Shown one piece after another: positions 49,410 through 62,760 of a DNA stretch of 64,000 nucleotides. The stretch's first letter is position 1; each line of letters starts with the position of its first letter. The notes beneath the pieces are model-generated. The model searched no databases, had not been told where the DNA came from, and saw only the letters and a list, made by a program, of their open reading frames with translations. The translations under genes and the position numbers were made by a program. Source of the DNA: Lama guanicoe (lineage: Eukaryota); contig MU054026.1 of the NCBI GenBank assembly GCA_013239625.1, forward strand, positions 1 through 64,000. Direction: 5' to 3'.

Positions 49410-50438
49410 AAGGACTTGTTTTTCCTTTGGGGGGAGCACATTTCCTTTCGTCTGTGGGACAGAGGCAGACACGGAGGTAGAAGCAGAGATGGAGATGGAG
49501 ATGGAGGGGCAGACAGCCTCAGTCATCAGTCTGGGCCTCTAATCCCTTCGGCGTTCTGTGGGCTTCCCTTAGAGATACTGTGCTCATGATCCTTGCTGTG
49601 CTATCGATGTGCCTGTTTGCTCGCAGATCCATTCCCTGCCCTTGCCCTTCTGTGGTTTGTAGCATAGGATCTGATTCACATTTTCTGCCAACCGGTTTCC
49701 GGCTAAGTTCAGCCAGTGATGGGAAATCAGAAAGCAGGCAAGTGGGAGGAGCCTGGACACCCTTCCTCACTCCCCTCGCCAAGTGTCCTGAGGAGTGCGG
49801 CCTCTCCCTTCCGGTTGCAGCTCTCAAAGTTTCAATTCTTTACAGCCAGTTTTGGCCCTCGGGCTCTCGTAACACCCCCATTTCCTCTGGTCCCTCCAGT
49901 CCTGGAGTAAAAGCTTCTTCCTTCAGTCGTTAATATCTGGCTTGGCAATGTTTTTCAAGATCTTTTAACTTGTTGCCCAAAATAAATTCCTACGACTGAA
50001 CAACCTGGTGGAGGTTCTGTTTTCCTAATTCAATTTGGATATAACCGTATGAGTATCTCTTGTGTAACCTTTCTCCATTCATATAGCTGAATGTTCCCCA
50101 ATACTGTCAAATACATGCTATTTCTCACTTAGTTTTCCTAGACAGTATGATGGCTGCTTCAGAAGGGCTGTCACTCGATTCCTCTTTGAGCACATGTATT
50201 CTGTGGGTTTCCCATCACTTTCTTCCTGATTGTTTTTAACAAGGATCATGAAAATGAGTAAAAAATAAATCCAAGCAGGGTTTTCTGCAATTTTAAATCA
50301 TCACAGAGCACCTCCACATGCTCCACAAAAGGAAGAATGAATAAAAGCTGCCTTTAAAGCCACCTTTTTCCTAAAATGTCTAAGTAATTGAGGCAAATAT
50401 GTTTCTTCCTCTTAGATTTATTAATCACTGGTCTAAGC

Positions 50439-50636
50439 TTACCATATGATCCAGCAATTCCACTCCTGGGCATATATCCAGAGGGGACTCTAATTCCAAA
50501 AGATAATGCACCCCAATGTTCACAGCAGCACTATTTACAATAGTCAAGACATGGAAACAGCTTAAATGTCCATCAACAGATGACTGGATAAAGAAGTTGT
50601 GATGCATATATATACTTATATATGTATATGCACACA

Positions 50637-50671
<35 letters not shown>

Positions 50672-51212
50672 GTGGTATATATACATATACATGTGTGTAG
50701 ATATATTCTATTTATACATATATGTATATATACATACATACAATGAAATACTACTCAGGCATAAACGAGAATAAAATAAAGCCATTTGCAGCAACATGGT
50801 TGGACCTGGAGATCATCATTCTAAGTGAAGTAAGCCAGAAAGAGAAAGAAAAATAATATATGACATCACTTACATGCCGAATCAAAAAAAAGGGACATAA
50901 ATGAACTTATTTACAGAACAGAAACAGACTCACAGACACAGGAAACAAACTTACGGTTACCAAGGGGAATAAGGGTGGGGAGGGATAAACTGGGAGTTTG
51001 AGATTTGCAGACACGGACTACTAGGTATAAAATAGATAAACAGGTTTCTGCTGTACAGCACAGGGAACTATATTCAGTGTCTTGTAGTAACCTATAATGA
51101 AAAAGAATATGAAAAGAATTATACGTATGTACATGTATGACTGAAACATTATGTTGTACACCAGAAACTGACACATTGGAAACTGACTGGACTTCAGTAA
51201 AATCAATCAATC
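50439..51212 (+). mobile_element. Young L1 3' end (~770 bp) with perfect TSD and internal (TA)/(CA) microsatellite
   Basis: ccatatgatccagcaattccactcctgggcatatatcc..., gccatttgcagcaacatgg, ggttaccaagggg; exact 16-bp TSD aatcactggtctaagc at 50423-50438 and 51213-51228. Confidence 0.95.
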
Positions 51213-51314
51213 AATCACTGGTCTAAGCCCCGCCCCCTAAGATGGAAATAAGCAAGAGGAACAGGAGGACCCGGAAAAGGAGGAGGACAAGAGAAGGAAG
51301 AGAAACTTCTATTA

Positions 51315-51500
51315 ACTGATTATTATTAATACATGCTCTTCCTTCAGTTCTCACAACAGTCCCTGAGTTGGATATAATTTGCATCCCTATTTCACAGATA
51401 AGACAACTGAGGGTCAGGGAAGTTAAATCACTTGCCTAAAGTCACCTACTGAGCCAGTGTATGAGACCTGGGATTTGGACACAGGTCTGCCCGAACTTAA
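51315..51500 (-). mobile_element. MIR
   Basis: ctatttcacagataagacaactgagggtcagggaagttaaatcacttgcctaaagtcac...ctgggatttggacacaggtctg. Confidence 0.85.
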
Positions 51501-52731
51501 AGCCCAGTTGATATGCTTTGATAGGGGGGCCAGGGAGAGGGAAAAGCCTGGGGTCTGAGCCAGAATACCATAATGAAGACCTGAGATGGGCCATCATAAA
51601 AGCCCAGAGAAAGCGAAGATAAAATCTGGAAGGGAGAGTCCTGACGCCGAGGGGGAGAGGCTGGGAGCAAACCCTGCCTCAGCCCGACCTCCGTCTGGCA
51701 CAGAACACAGGGAGGGAAGGGGCCAGGGGGCAGCAATGGCACAGAAAACACTCTGAAGGGGAGAAGTGGCCACATGTGAGAAGTGAGCTTGGGCCCCGCC
51801 GTGGCATCCACAGTCCAAAGTGTCTTATTAGAATGCGGCATCCTCCCCACGGGCAGGTAGTTGCTTCCGTTCCCTGGCAGAGAGGAGCCTTCTGCTGGGG
51901 GAACCTTATTAAGATGCCGACGGACCCTGGAGAGTTCAGAGAGGAGCAGGGAGATGATTGCAGGGGCTGGAGGGGTTGATTTATGGGCAAGATGGAAAGA
52001 CTAACACTGCTCCCGCCTGAATAAATGAAATGACAGCTAAGGGAGGCATCATGATATCTGTACATATTTGCAGGGCGGGAGCAGTGAGAAGAGAGGGGAC
52101 TCATATACTGTGGACATACCTTCTGTTTCCCTTTGCCGAACTGCTGGGAAAGCCTTCCGACAGCAGTGTCATCGGAACCGCTGAGAAATCAGCCACTGGG
52201 GAAAGGGTGACAGTGACAGCCCGGGATCACTGAAGACTGCGCTTCAGGAAAAACCGCAAAGGGTGTTGAAGGGCCTTGCCTGCCCAGCCCAGGATGGGAG
52301 GAGAGGTCCTCATGGAAACTGTGGTTTGGTGGGGTTCAGGGCTCATCTCGTCTCCAGTCGTATCTTTTCAGCTGTCCCCTCTGCTCCAGTCAGGTTTACT
52401 CACTGTGTCATTGTTCAGACATCCCCACCTTGGAACGCCTCCCCCACCCCAGCCCCAGGCGGCATCTACCCATTCTTTGTCCACAGTCAGTGATGTGAGC
52501 GCTCCTGCAAGCCAGGTATGGAGCTGGCGCTGGGTGTGGAGACAAACACAAGGAGACAATCATTGTCTTCAAGCTGATGGTTAACTTGAAAGCCAGTCAA
52601 GTGAACACATAAGGACATCTAACATAATGAGTGTGAGGACAGACGCAGGTCCAGGGTCTTTTGGGGGTAAAGAGAGGAAACCCCTCATCCAGACTGGAGC
52701 ACGCGGTGATAATTCCTGAAACGTGACAATG

Positions 52732-53206
52732 TGTCATGAAAATGGAGATGCTTAAGGAACTCTCCCACTTTTTGTATTCTGGGAGGTGACTTACCATGAA
52801 GATCGTGCCTCCCCGTGGCTTGGATAAGACCGGCCAGCTCACCGTTTCTCACAGCTGCCCATATGACCTGCGCATGACTCCCTCCTTCACATGTAGCGAG
52901 ACCACACTCAAACCTTGCCTCTTTGCCTGAATCTGCTGGAAAGCCAAACACAGAGCCCCATCCTTTGTTCATGAATTAGTAACTGAAAGTAGCTAGATGC
53001 ATTTCTTGTTCCATCGACTGAGACTTCTGATTCCACAAACAGCCCCAACTGTAAACATCACCCCACCTGTCCCTTGTCCACTCTTTTCTCTAAAAGTCTA
53101 AGGCAAAGACTCTGCTGAGACACATCGGTCTTCAGATCTGGAATGTTCTCCCTCTTGCAAAGGTCTGAATAAACTAAGTCTCCTTCCTACCTCGGTCTCT
53201 GGAACA
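52732..53206 (+). mobile_element. ERV-type solo LTR within an L2 remnant
   Basis: TG start, TATA-like ctaaaag near 53090, AATAAA at 53168-53173, CA end; L2-like sequence on both sides; TSD not resolved. Confidence 0.55.
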
Positions 53207-54854
53207 GTGAATTGCAGTTAAGGACATGGGAAGAAGAAGCACGTGGAAAGTTCCATGGACAGGAAGCTCCTTGTCTACAGGGAAGAGAGACAAATAGGTT
53301 AGTGGAACTGCCAGGGCTGAAAGGCCATGCTGAGAGAGAGGGGTGGGATGAGGAGTTCGATGAGAAAGACGTCATTTATTAAAGAATATGACCTCAGCCA
53401 GGGATCCTTTCTGACTCAGATTCCTTGCTGTAAAAGTGGAGGGAAAGATAATGCCTCACGTGGAGGATGCTTCCTAACAGAGCAGCATCCCGGGGCAGAC
53501 CTCTGCACGTGGTGGGCAGACAAGAAATGGTTCTTAAACAGTTGGTAGACAAAGGTCCCCGCATCACTGGCGACACTCACGCGAATTAGCACAGCCAGCT
53601 GTTGCCACCTGGACCAGAAACCAGCACAGACTGACCCTGACGCCCCAGGGTATGTGCTGGGAGGGCCCCACCCTGGCTTCCGGAGCTCCGCCGTGGTTCG
53701 AGCTTCTCAGAATGCAAACAAAAGGTGACCGTGCTTCCCTCCAGAGCATGAACCCATCTAAATCCTCAGAGCAGGCTGGTCAGACTGTGTACCCTAGAAC
53801 TGCGGGGGCAGGGGGAGTCAGTCTGGGGTGAGAGCCACACGCTCACCCAGGACACGGTGTGCAGATGGTCCACGTGGCCCGGCCGCAGAGCCAGCCCCAC
53901 CCCCGCCACGGCCACCTGTGGCAGCTGCCGTCAGCATGGACGATTGGTTAGGAGGGCTAAAAACAGATTTCCCAAACCAACTGTATTCAATGCAACATAT
54001 TTTTCATATGTTTAATGGAACAGAAATTTTTATTTTAACCGACATTTATGGCATTACTAGAGCTCTGCAAAGGGAGCAGAAACCTGGTGGGGAGAGATAG
54101 CAAGTATAAGAATCATATTATTTTTATCATAAGATTAGGGCACTCTGTGTTTTCCTCCCCCTAGGCTCCTTTCTCCTCCTCCCAGCCTAGAAAAACAAGA
54201 GATTATAGATGGAGGCTCCCATTCTACAAGGCCCCAGCTCGGTTAACCCTTCCTCTGTTGCAATCTGGGCACCAGAGATCCCATTATTTAATGCTAATGT
54301 ATTGTTTTTCCACTGCCTGGCTCTGGGAGATCCAGATTCTTGGCGCCACAGACTCCAGCTTCAGCCAAAGCAATAAAGAAGAGACAATTCTTCATTATCT
54401 TCCCCGGAAGCTACTCAGGGACAATGAAGGAACTGCAGTTTGGGATTGTTTGTGTTCCTGTAAATATTCAGAACACGTGTCCTGAAGTTGTGGTTTTCGT
54501 GGCAATCAGCTTAATGTCCTTTAACCATCCTCCTCCCCTCCTTTGCTTTAAAACATTGGCATTTTCATGAGATCAACAAAGGTGACAAACTTGAGAAGGA
54601 AGGTCTTTGAGACAAGGGTGTCCTCTCCCTCGGTTCCCTCTTCCTCTTTAATTCCCACCACATCCCTGATAACCTTCTATTCCTTGTGTCCTCTCCCTCC
54701 CCCACCTCATTTCTGTTTCAACTATTATTTTTCTTCAGATATAAAGGAAACCCTGGTTAAGAGTCTGGGTTCTAGTCCTCATTATTACCTTACCAAATTG
54801 TGTAAGTGTGGCTAAGTCAATACAGCAAAGCTACATTTCCACCTCCTGTGGGAG

Positions 54855-55499
54855 TGTAACCGGAGTTCCAGGTTCTTGTCCCGTCCCAGACAGAATTCAG
54901 AGACAAGACGTAGTGGTTAAAAAAGTAAAGTGAAAGTGTATTAAGAGATGGATAGTACACTCTCAAGGGGAGGGCGGGCAGGCTCAGGTGAGCAGCTGCC
55001 CTGAGTTTCTTTGTCAAGTTAGTTGCATAGGGTGTAAAAATAAATGGGTGGAATGTGCATTGGGGAGGGAAGGGTTTGGGGTCATATCCCCTGATTTTCC
55101 TCCCAACTCCGACTTCCCAAAGGGAGAAGGGATTTCTGTCCTTACTTAGTCTGGATGGGAATTGTCATGGGGTTGGTGCAGGATGGGTACTTCTGATCTG
55201 CAGGGCTAATTTTATAGAAATGAAGGCATAATGAGCAAAAGGTTACATTCGGACACTGGAGATTCCTGCTTTTTTTTTGCCTTTCTTTCTTGGCCTCTGG
55301 GCCACTCATCACCCCCAAAGTTGTGACCACTTATCAGCCCAGAGGTCCCTGCTTTTCCTTCTCTGCCAGGGACCCCTGGTGCTTACATGATGCCTGGCTT
55401 CCTGCATTTGGCCTGTGCCCCTCTTTTCTGCCCAATTCCTGCCATTTGATCTGTGACCCCCTTTCTCTGCTCACATCTAGCTGTCTGCCTGCTTTGACA
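54855..55499 (-). mobile_element. ERV1-type solo LTR
   Basis: tgtaac...ttgaca termini, 4-bp flanks ggag/gaag, U5-like gaattcagagacaagacg region. Confidence 0.8.
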
Positions 55500-56199
55500 G
55501 AAGTGGCCCTGAGGTCTTTACCGCCCCTCTTTAGAATATGAAAATAAAATCCCATATGCTTCCTGGGTGCACTCTGTCTCCATAGTTTTACCAGCAAGTA
55601 GGGCCCTGAGTAGGAACATTCATTTCATTGTTTTATCCCTGATAAAACAATGTGAAATAACATCCGAGCTACTGGTGGTAGAATCTTCTCTGTAAATTGC
55701 GTAATCTGATGCGGACCTCCAAGTTCGATTTCTAAATAGTGTTTAGTATTTGCACAGTATCATCTGCTAAAGCTTCTCTGCAGCTGGCCAGACACACTTG
55801 GCTGGACACTCCCTGGACACTGTGGATAAATGAACACAGTGGGTCAAAGGAAATATGGACCAGTACCAGAAAAACCAAGGGTGACCCCACCAGAGTGTTC
55901 TCAGGCCTGAAGCAAAATCCAGAGAAACGTTCCCTGAGGCGAGGTGGACAAGGAGGCTTGTAGAACTCGGTTGGCACAGAAGAGGAAGTCCAGTGTGTTT
56001 CCCACTCTCCCGTCTCTGCTCCCCACCACGGTCTGCTCTTTGTATGAGTGAGTTTCAATCAGGATTTGGAGTCATGGAATATACCCCCTAGCTCAGAAGA
56101 CTGCAGCGAAGCAGCCTCAGTTCTTGTCAGCCTGGCTCTGATGCTGAAAACTGTACCTCTTGGAACTTATGAGCGTATCACATATGCTGAGCAGGTGAG

Positions 56200-56720
56200 C
56201 TTTAAAAAATGGGGTTTCGTCTGAATAATCTGTCAGGCTCCAGACAACAAAAAGCTATTTCTGACTCCAGCCAGAATGAGTGATTACTTTGATAACAAAT
56301 TAAAACAAGCTTGGAAATTGGAAATTACCAGAATTAAGCTATCTCCAGTGAATGACCAAGCTCCCCCCTTCAGTACATTTTCTTCTATATTAGCCGTAAA
56401 CATGAGCTCTTCATTAATAGAAATTGGTTCATTGCCACTGGCCACAAGGGGAATCTATTGGATGTGCGGCACTAACTTCCAACCTGATCAAGGAGACAAC
56501 TTGTTCTTAATGTGAGTGCTTTCTTGGGAACTTAAAAATTCTTTATGTCTCCTTTGGCTTCTTCCATATGAAGCCAGTCGTAATGTTCAACATTTAAATG
56601 TTCAAATATTTTCTCCGTGTGGGATGTTTATGGCACCGAATAATTTCTAGATGATTACTGTTTTTAATAACTATCTAATTACCGTATTAATCAGAAATGT
56701 CCTTTTGGCTTATAGAAGGT
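56200..56720. promoter_or_regulatory. Candidate conserved non-coding element
   Basis: Repeat-free AT-rich block with many TAAT/ATTA cores (aattaag, cattaatag, ctaattac, tattaatc) and ctgtca. Confidence 0.3.
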
Positions 56721-57285
56721 ACCAAGGGACAGAGGTAAGAAATAAAGACATTCCTGCTGCAAACCATTTGCACAAAACTTCCGAGCTTCCTGTTCAGAAT
56801 GCACAGAAGTGTTGCTAAATGCAACACCTGGATCCTTCCGGAGTAGAAGATGGCCCAGCCTCTTCACTCACCGACTGCTCAAAGCATTTGAAATGAAATG
56901 GGTGTCCTGTGACCTCCCAGATTCCTGAGCATCAGAACACATAACTGAATAATGTTTTTGGTACTTTATATGCTGGGCAGTGCTGCCATTTGGTGATGAC
57001 TGCATTAAAAAATTTTTCTGTTGTTGCTTTGTTTATCAGTCCCTGACCTACACGTGATGACCGTATATGATGATAAAACAGAGAGGTTAATATTCCAAAG
57101 ATGCTGTGACTTTATATTTGTCCCAGCCTTTCCATTTCATCAGGTGACACTTGCCATCTATGTAGCTAGCAAGTTTTCTCTAAACCACAACGGCCTGTTC
57201 CCTGAGGTCTTCTCCCATCTCCCTGTGGTGGTTTTCATGGAGAGGTAAGATGATCATATCTCTTTCACTCATTCTTATGGCAAGA

Positions 57286-57305
57286 GTGTGTGTGTGTGTG
57301 TGTGT
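57286..57305. repeat. (GT)10 microsatellite
   Basis: Directly visible. Confidence 0.9.
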
Positions 57306-58228
57306 CTAAAGAAATAATGAAAACCAGCCAGTAAGAATTTCCCAGCGTACTGAGTGCTTCATTAGTGGAATTGCACTGATAGTCTTTGTGTTTTATGCAA
57401 CGGTAATTTCCCTGCCTCTCTTTCACACTGAGCTTGATGGACAGGCCCTTCTTTAATGTACAAATAATCTTTATGACCCTTGTAAGCAGGTCTGAGGATG
57501 CTCAGCCGAGTAATGTACCAGAACTGAAATTTCCATCTACTTGATGTCTTGCACAGGGGGTTTTGATGAAGTCACTGTCACCTGCTATTAACTTAATGTC
57601 AAGTCTTAATAGGGTCCCTTTCTCACCATCTCCACGCTGTTGGGGTCCAAATTAATTACTAAGTAAAAATTCTGCCACATAAATCCTCACTTCCCAGGGA
57701 GGGGAAAAAGGAAAGTTTTTAACCTCATCGGAGAGCCCAGAGAGCAGCCTGGAGAAGGTTCGCCTGCAAGACACACCTAAGAAGTCTGTGCATGAGTGAG
57801 GAAACCAGCATGCCTGCAAAGTCACGCTCACTTTGCACGCCCAGCCCTGTACCCTCTTTCTCATCATCCTCATATTTAACCTCAGAATTCCCTAGACTCT
57901 TCACTTAGTGTTCCATGGTCCTAAGTGGTAGGGGAGGGTACAAAAAAATATTCCCTAAAACTAAACTGTTCAGAAATGAGTATCAAATGTATAAAAAACA
58001 AAATCAAATGGGCATGGCATGAGATACGCTAAACCTCTTCCCGTCCTGGTGTTCTGTAAAAAGTTGTAAACTAATAAAAACGGAAGAATTTTTGAAATCT
58101 ACTCAGTTGTCTTTTGATATTATCTAAACTTCAACTGTCAGAAATAAGTTTGTTGTCAAATGGTAATATCCCCAAAGGGGCAGGGGGAGGGAGGAAGAGA
58201 ATTAGAGGATAAAAAGAGCTTCATCTCA

Positions 58229-58326
58229 GGGGAGGGCATAACTCAGTGGTAGAGAGTGTACCTAGCACGCATGAGTCCTGGGTTCAATCCCCTGTACCTC
58301 CATTAAAAATAAATGAAAAAAAACTT
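58229..58326 (+). mobile_element. vic-1-like tRNA-derived SINE, short form
   Basis: ggggagggcataactcagtggtagag...cctgggttcaatcccctgtacctcc plus A tail; 17-bp TSD aaaaagagc(t/a)tcatc(t/c)c at 58211-58227 and 58327-58343. Confidence 0.92.
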
Positions 58327-58526
58327 AAAAAGAGCATCATCCCTGTTAGGCACATACAACTTCCCATGAACTTGACTAGAATCCCCCTGATAGAGAAAAC
58401 AGGGTGTGCAAGAGAACATGGGTTAGAGGGACACCCCATAATAGTTGAGAAGACGGTAGGGCCTTTCCAAATGTTTGGTAAAGCAATGACAACAACTTCG
58501 CCTAAGTCACAGCTTTTTCATTGTCT

Positions 58527-58850
58527 CTTTTATTTTTTAATTGAGTTATAATTGGCATATGACATTGTTTAAGGTGGAAACATGTTGATTTCATACATTG
58601 ACACATTGCAGTAAGCTGACCACAGTAAGCTGACCACCGTAACCTTACAGCCAACCCCTCTATCACCACACATCTTTTTTTTTTTTTTTTGTGGTGAGAT
58701 CATTTTCAAGGTCTTGTCTCTTGGCAGCTTGGAAGTACATAGTTCAGTACCGTTGACTATAACCACTGTGGTGTGCTTTAGATCTCCAGAACTTACCCAT
58801 CTCCTAGTTGCAAGTCTGTACCCTTTCTCCAGCACCTCCCCAGCTCCAGT
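58527..58850 (-). mobile_element. L1MA-type 3' end
   Basis: ttttttaattgagttataattggcatatgacattg...ttgactataaccactgtg...tagatctccagaacttac...tgcaagtctgtaccctt. Confidence 0.85.
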
Positions 58851-59113
58851 TCTTCATTGCAGATCCTCAGGGATAAGAGAAGAAAGCAGGGGTAGGGAGT
58901 AATATTAGGGTCTGCAAACTGAACATTTCTGCAAAGAGAGACAATCATCAAAAGTTCAGAGTTACTTAAAAATTCTATGAACACATTGACCCCTTAACCT
59001 TAAGTGCTTAGCGTACGCTAATAAAACAAACAGATTTCTCTTTTCACCCTTTCTCCTAAAATCGAAATCTGCCCTCTTGAAGCCTCCCTTAGGTCTCATT
59101 GGATGCTTTTTGC

Positions 59114-59529
59114 TGTCTCCCGTTTCCACCTTTTGGTTCTAACTGCCCAAACCTGCATGTATTCTCCAGCCAGGTTTCTACCCTTGGCTCCTAGAGTCAA
59201 TCGGCAGCCCGGGCAAAGCACAGGAATTGCCTGGAAGTTTGTGTCCCCGGGCCCTTAGTCAACAGCTGAGCCCTAAGAATATGGGAGTATGAAAGCCTTC
59301 TACCCTCGGCGGACGGGGTGAACCCTGAGGCATGACTTACGCTGCAGAACTTCCCCGGGTCAGGCTGACGTTACCCTTCACAGGTCCCCACCTGGAATTC
59401 CAGCCTTGCATGGCTTTTCCCCCATTTTCTGAATTGATTCCCCCACTTCCGTATTGGATTCCTCTTAATAAATCTCTTGTGCACAATTCACCATCTCAGG
59501 GTCTTCCTCTGGGGCACTCAGCTAAGACA
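59114..59529 (+). mobile_element. LTR16-like ERVL solo LTR within L2
   Basis: 3' end ttaataaatctcttgtgcacaattcaccatctcagggtcttcctctgggg...ctaagaca; L2-like sequence resumes at 59530-59710. Confidence 0.75.
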
Positions 59530-62500
59530 CACTGTTGCTGGATGTATCCACCTGAAGATCTGGATGAAAACTCCAATTTAATCGTGGCCAAAGCCAACAT
59601 ATCACTGTGCCCCACCGATCCCTGCCTCCTGCCATTTCTGCTAGGAAGGCAGCATTCTCGTGGTTATCCAGGCACAAAGCTTGGGAGCCATTTCTGTTAT
59701 TTCTTTCTCAGTTCATGAATTAAGTACCATTTGCATTATATTTGGTAGCTTGCAAAACATGTTCATGCCTTTAATATCATTTGATTTGCAAAAGGAACTT
59801 TAGAAATCAACAAGCCAGCCTTGATCACATTCAATCTTAGAGTCAGGCAACAGAGGGTTAAAGGAACTGATGCAGACAGCGTATTGAGTAATTGGAAGCA
59901 GGACCAGCGCCTTTGACTTTGATTGACTACTTTTCTACAAAGCCAGATGTTCCTCCTTCAGGGCACCTCTAGGATGCTGCTTTTCTTTTCTTTTTTTTTT
60001 TTTCCTATTTCTTCCACACAACCTTGGTTTAGAGCCTTGATGTTCTTTCTCGAGTTATAACAGTCATCTTCTAAAGGATTATTCTGCCTCTGTTTCTTCT
60101 TATTCCATGCCTACAGGTCCCCGTCAGCTTAAGATCCCTGAACCACATCTTATTCTCACTTCCTTGTGATCTGGGTCCTGCAGACACTTCTAGTTTTAAC
60201 TCTTACTCCTCCCCTCTGTCTAATTCTAGGGTTTAGGCATTACTAAGTCATACCTTAGCTATAGTTGTAAGTACAAAAGTGAGTACCTTGACATGGATGC
60301 CACTGTAACAAATACATGAAACATGCACCCTTGACATAGCAACTGAGCAATGAGAGGCAATAAATCTGCTGTAAGAGGTTGGAAAGCTGGCTATGCACAT
60401 TATGCAATGCAAGACTCTTGGTCGAAATGTCACCTGTGATATTACTTGGAAGGCAGATCACATGCCTTATTGCACTGGAGTGAGAGGTTGGAAAACTTAC
60501 AAGCTAGTAACATGGATCAGAAAGGTGATCAGTTCCTAGTCAATGGCTTGTCTGCAGAAGCGATGAAACACCTCTAGGTCTGCACCTGAAATCCATCCTG
60601 CGTGGCTCTCTAGCATCCTTTCCCTCCACGGAGACCTTGAGAGCCTTATGTCAAAGATGGCAAGATCCTGAGACAAAAATTTAGACCCCAACAAGCACTG
60701 GAGGACTTGTCTGCAAGGAAAATGGCCGGGGCCTGCACTGGCCTCAGAAATGAAAGAGAGATGATCTGTTACTGTGTGAAACCCTGAGACAGTGCCGCTT
60801 GTTTTTGACGCCAAAGTGTGCCCCAGACCGTCCTAGTTGAAAGCCTGCAGTGACTACGTCCTCCATTCTAGCGCCTGGCAGAGTGCTCTGAGACGGCGAA
60901 ATAGTCAGTGCTTATTAAATTAAATAGAAACAAAAACTCAACTCCTGAACTGACACCAGTGAATAAAAAGTACACAGCCATTCGTGGATACTAGTACACA
61001 ATCACCACATAAATGATATAAGGAATAAACATGGAGAAGAAACTGGTGATTATGTTTAATAGCTCAGAATAATTATTCTTAACAGTTGTGAGTCAAATTG
61101 TTCAATGATAGCAAGGTGAACAGAAAACGGTAACTAGTTGAGACATTTTCAGAAATACTCATCACAATTACCCCAGATTGTTTTTATTTACGTAAATCAT
61201 TGAGTAAATGGATGAAAGATATATAAGCTATACTCTTTACATAAATGCATTGTTTTCTTAGTTAATGCAATAAGAAAATCCTGGTGGTGATTTATTCCCT
61301 GAAGGTAGAAAACAGTAACTAGTAAACAACGTTAGCAAACAGCTCGGAGTAAGACAAGCCGGGCTTGTGGGCTTCATGCATCCTCGGTACTGTGTTCATT
61401 AAACCGCTCCTTCAGCGACTGTGGTTCGCAGTGTCGGGTCCTGGTGGCCCCATCCTGCTGCATCAGTCAAGGTGAGTCCCCTGAACATGGCAAAACCTGA
61501 CACAGGGCCGTGTTACAAGCCAGCAGACACCACAGTTCACAAACTTTCTAAGTGGCTTTCGGAAACATAGCCGACGCCACTCTGTTGGCCTCCACGCTGC
61601 CAGTCTTGTCTGAGCAGAATGTACCAGACTCCTTCTCCAAGTCCTACTGCTGAGAATTCAAGCATCACTTGGAGTAAACCCAAACTAACTCATTCCAGGT
61701 CCCTATCATTTGACCTCCTTGCACTCACACCCTCCGAGTGGTCTCTTTTCGCTCTGCCCCTATCGCACGATATCTGGTTCATTAACATCTGCGTAATGAG
61801 ATCATGGCTTTTTATCAGCAGAGTCTCTTCCAGCCTTCCTGCCCTGACGCTACATTCCACCCTCACCCTGCCTGCAGCATCCCAGCCCTCCCACGATGTG
61901 CCTTGGCTTCTCAGCGCTGCAGCCCCCTTGCAGGGAGCTGTCCAGCCAGCCTGGGCTCCAGGATCCTGGCTCTGCCTCTGCTCGGACCTCCCCTTCCTCT
62001 CCTGACATTAGGACGCTTCACAGGCACTCATCTTGCTTCTTCTGGATGTAACCAAAGCAAACCCTGAGAACGTGCAGCAGTAAAGCTAGTCAGTGATGGG
62101 ACTTCTCCAGGCTGTCTTTCTCAGTGCTGCAAACAGGTTCACTGGGGCATACGGGATCTCTGCTGCTGTCCTGGACATTGCCCTGAGCCCAAAGGCAGGA
62201 AGCCACAGCCTCAAAGTCTTTTCCACATTTTCCCCATGTGGCCCCCAACCCCAAGCTCAAATCCTGCCCCATAAGGGACCTGGTAGATTTTACGTAAGTA
62301 GCATGAGACCAGTGACAAGTGCAGAAACGATCGTATTAAACTGCACATGAACTGTCCTGGCAGAGAGAAAAAGAGTGACATTATGCCAATTGCAATGTGC
62401 AGCGTTATTTATTTCAAGAACAAGGAGAGGTGATGAGGTGACCGTTCTGGAAAAATGTCTCATGTATGGTAGGGCACCTTGAGTCTAGGCAATTAGCATG

Positions 62501-62609
62501 GGGGATGAACCTCCGTGGGCATAATACATGGTACATTCTTAAAGACGGTCTCAGATTTGTTTAGTTGTGTTCCCCATCTGTAAAAGGTTTTTGAGCACAC
62601 ATCTCCTCT

Positions 62610-62760
62610 TTTTCATATTTATAAATTATACCTGTATACTATTACATGAATACATTATGAATATTGTAACACATCGACCACAAATAGAAATGTTTAAAGA
62701 TGAAAGAAAGAGAGAAGGAAAAACTAAATAAGCCCTCATATTTCCTCCACTCCCAGTACG
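62610..62760 (-). mobile_element. Ancient L1M 3' terminus
   Basis: AT-rich segment with atacatt...ttgtaacaca...aatagaaatg...aaagagagaagg...cctccactcccag pattern. Confidence 0.35.

Noticed and set aside
34432..55499. Two minus-strand ERV LTRs as the ends of one provirus
   Set aside because: They are 20 kb apart, dissimilar in sequence, each has its own TSD, and no gag/pol/env lies between them.
58229..58301. tRNA-like sequence (also 17585-17659)
   Set aside because: Has an A-rich tail, TSDs and a degenerate cloverleaf, so it is a SINE rather than a tRNA gene.
60250..60520. Possible MaLR/ERVL internal fragment
   Set aside because: Only vague motif resemblance; cannot be supported without a database search.
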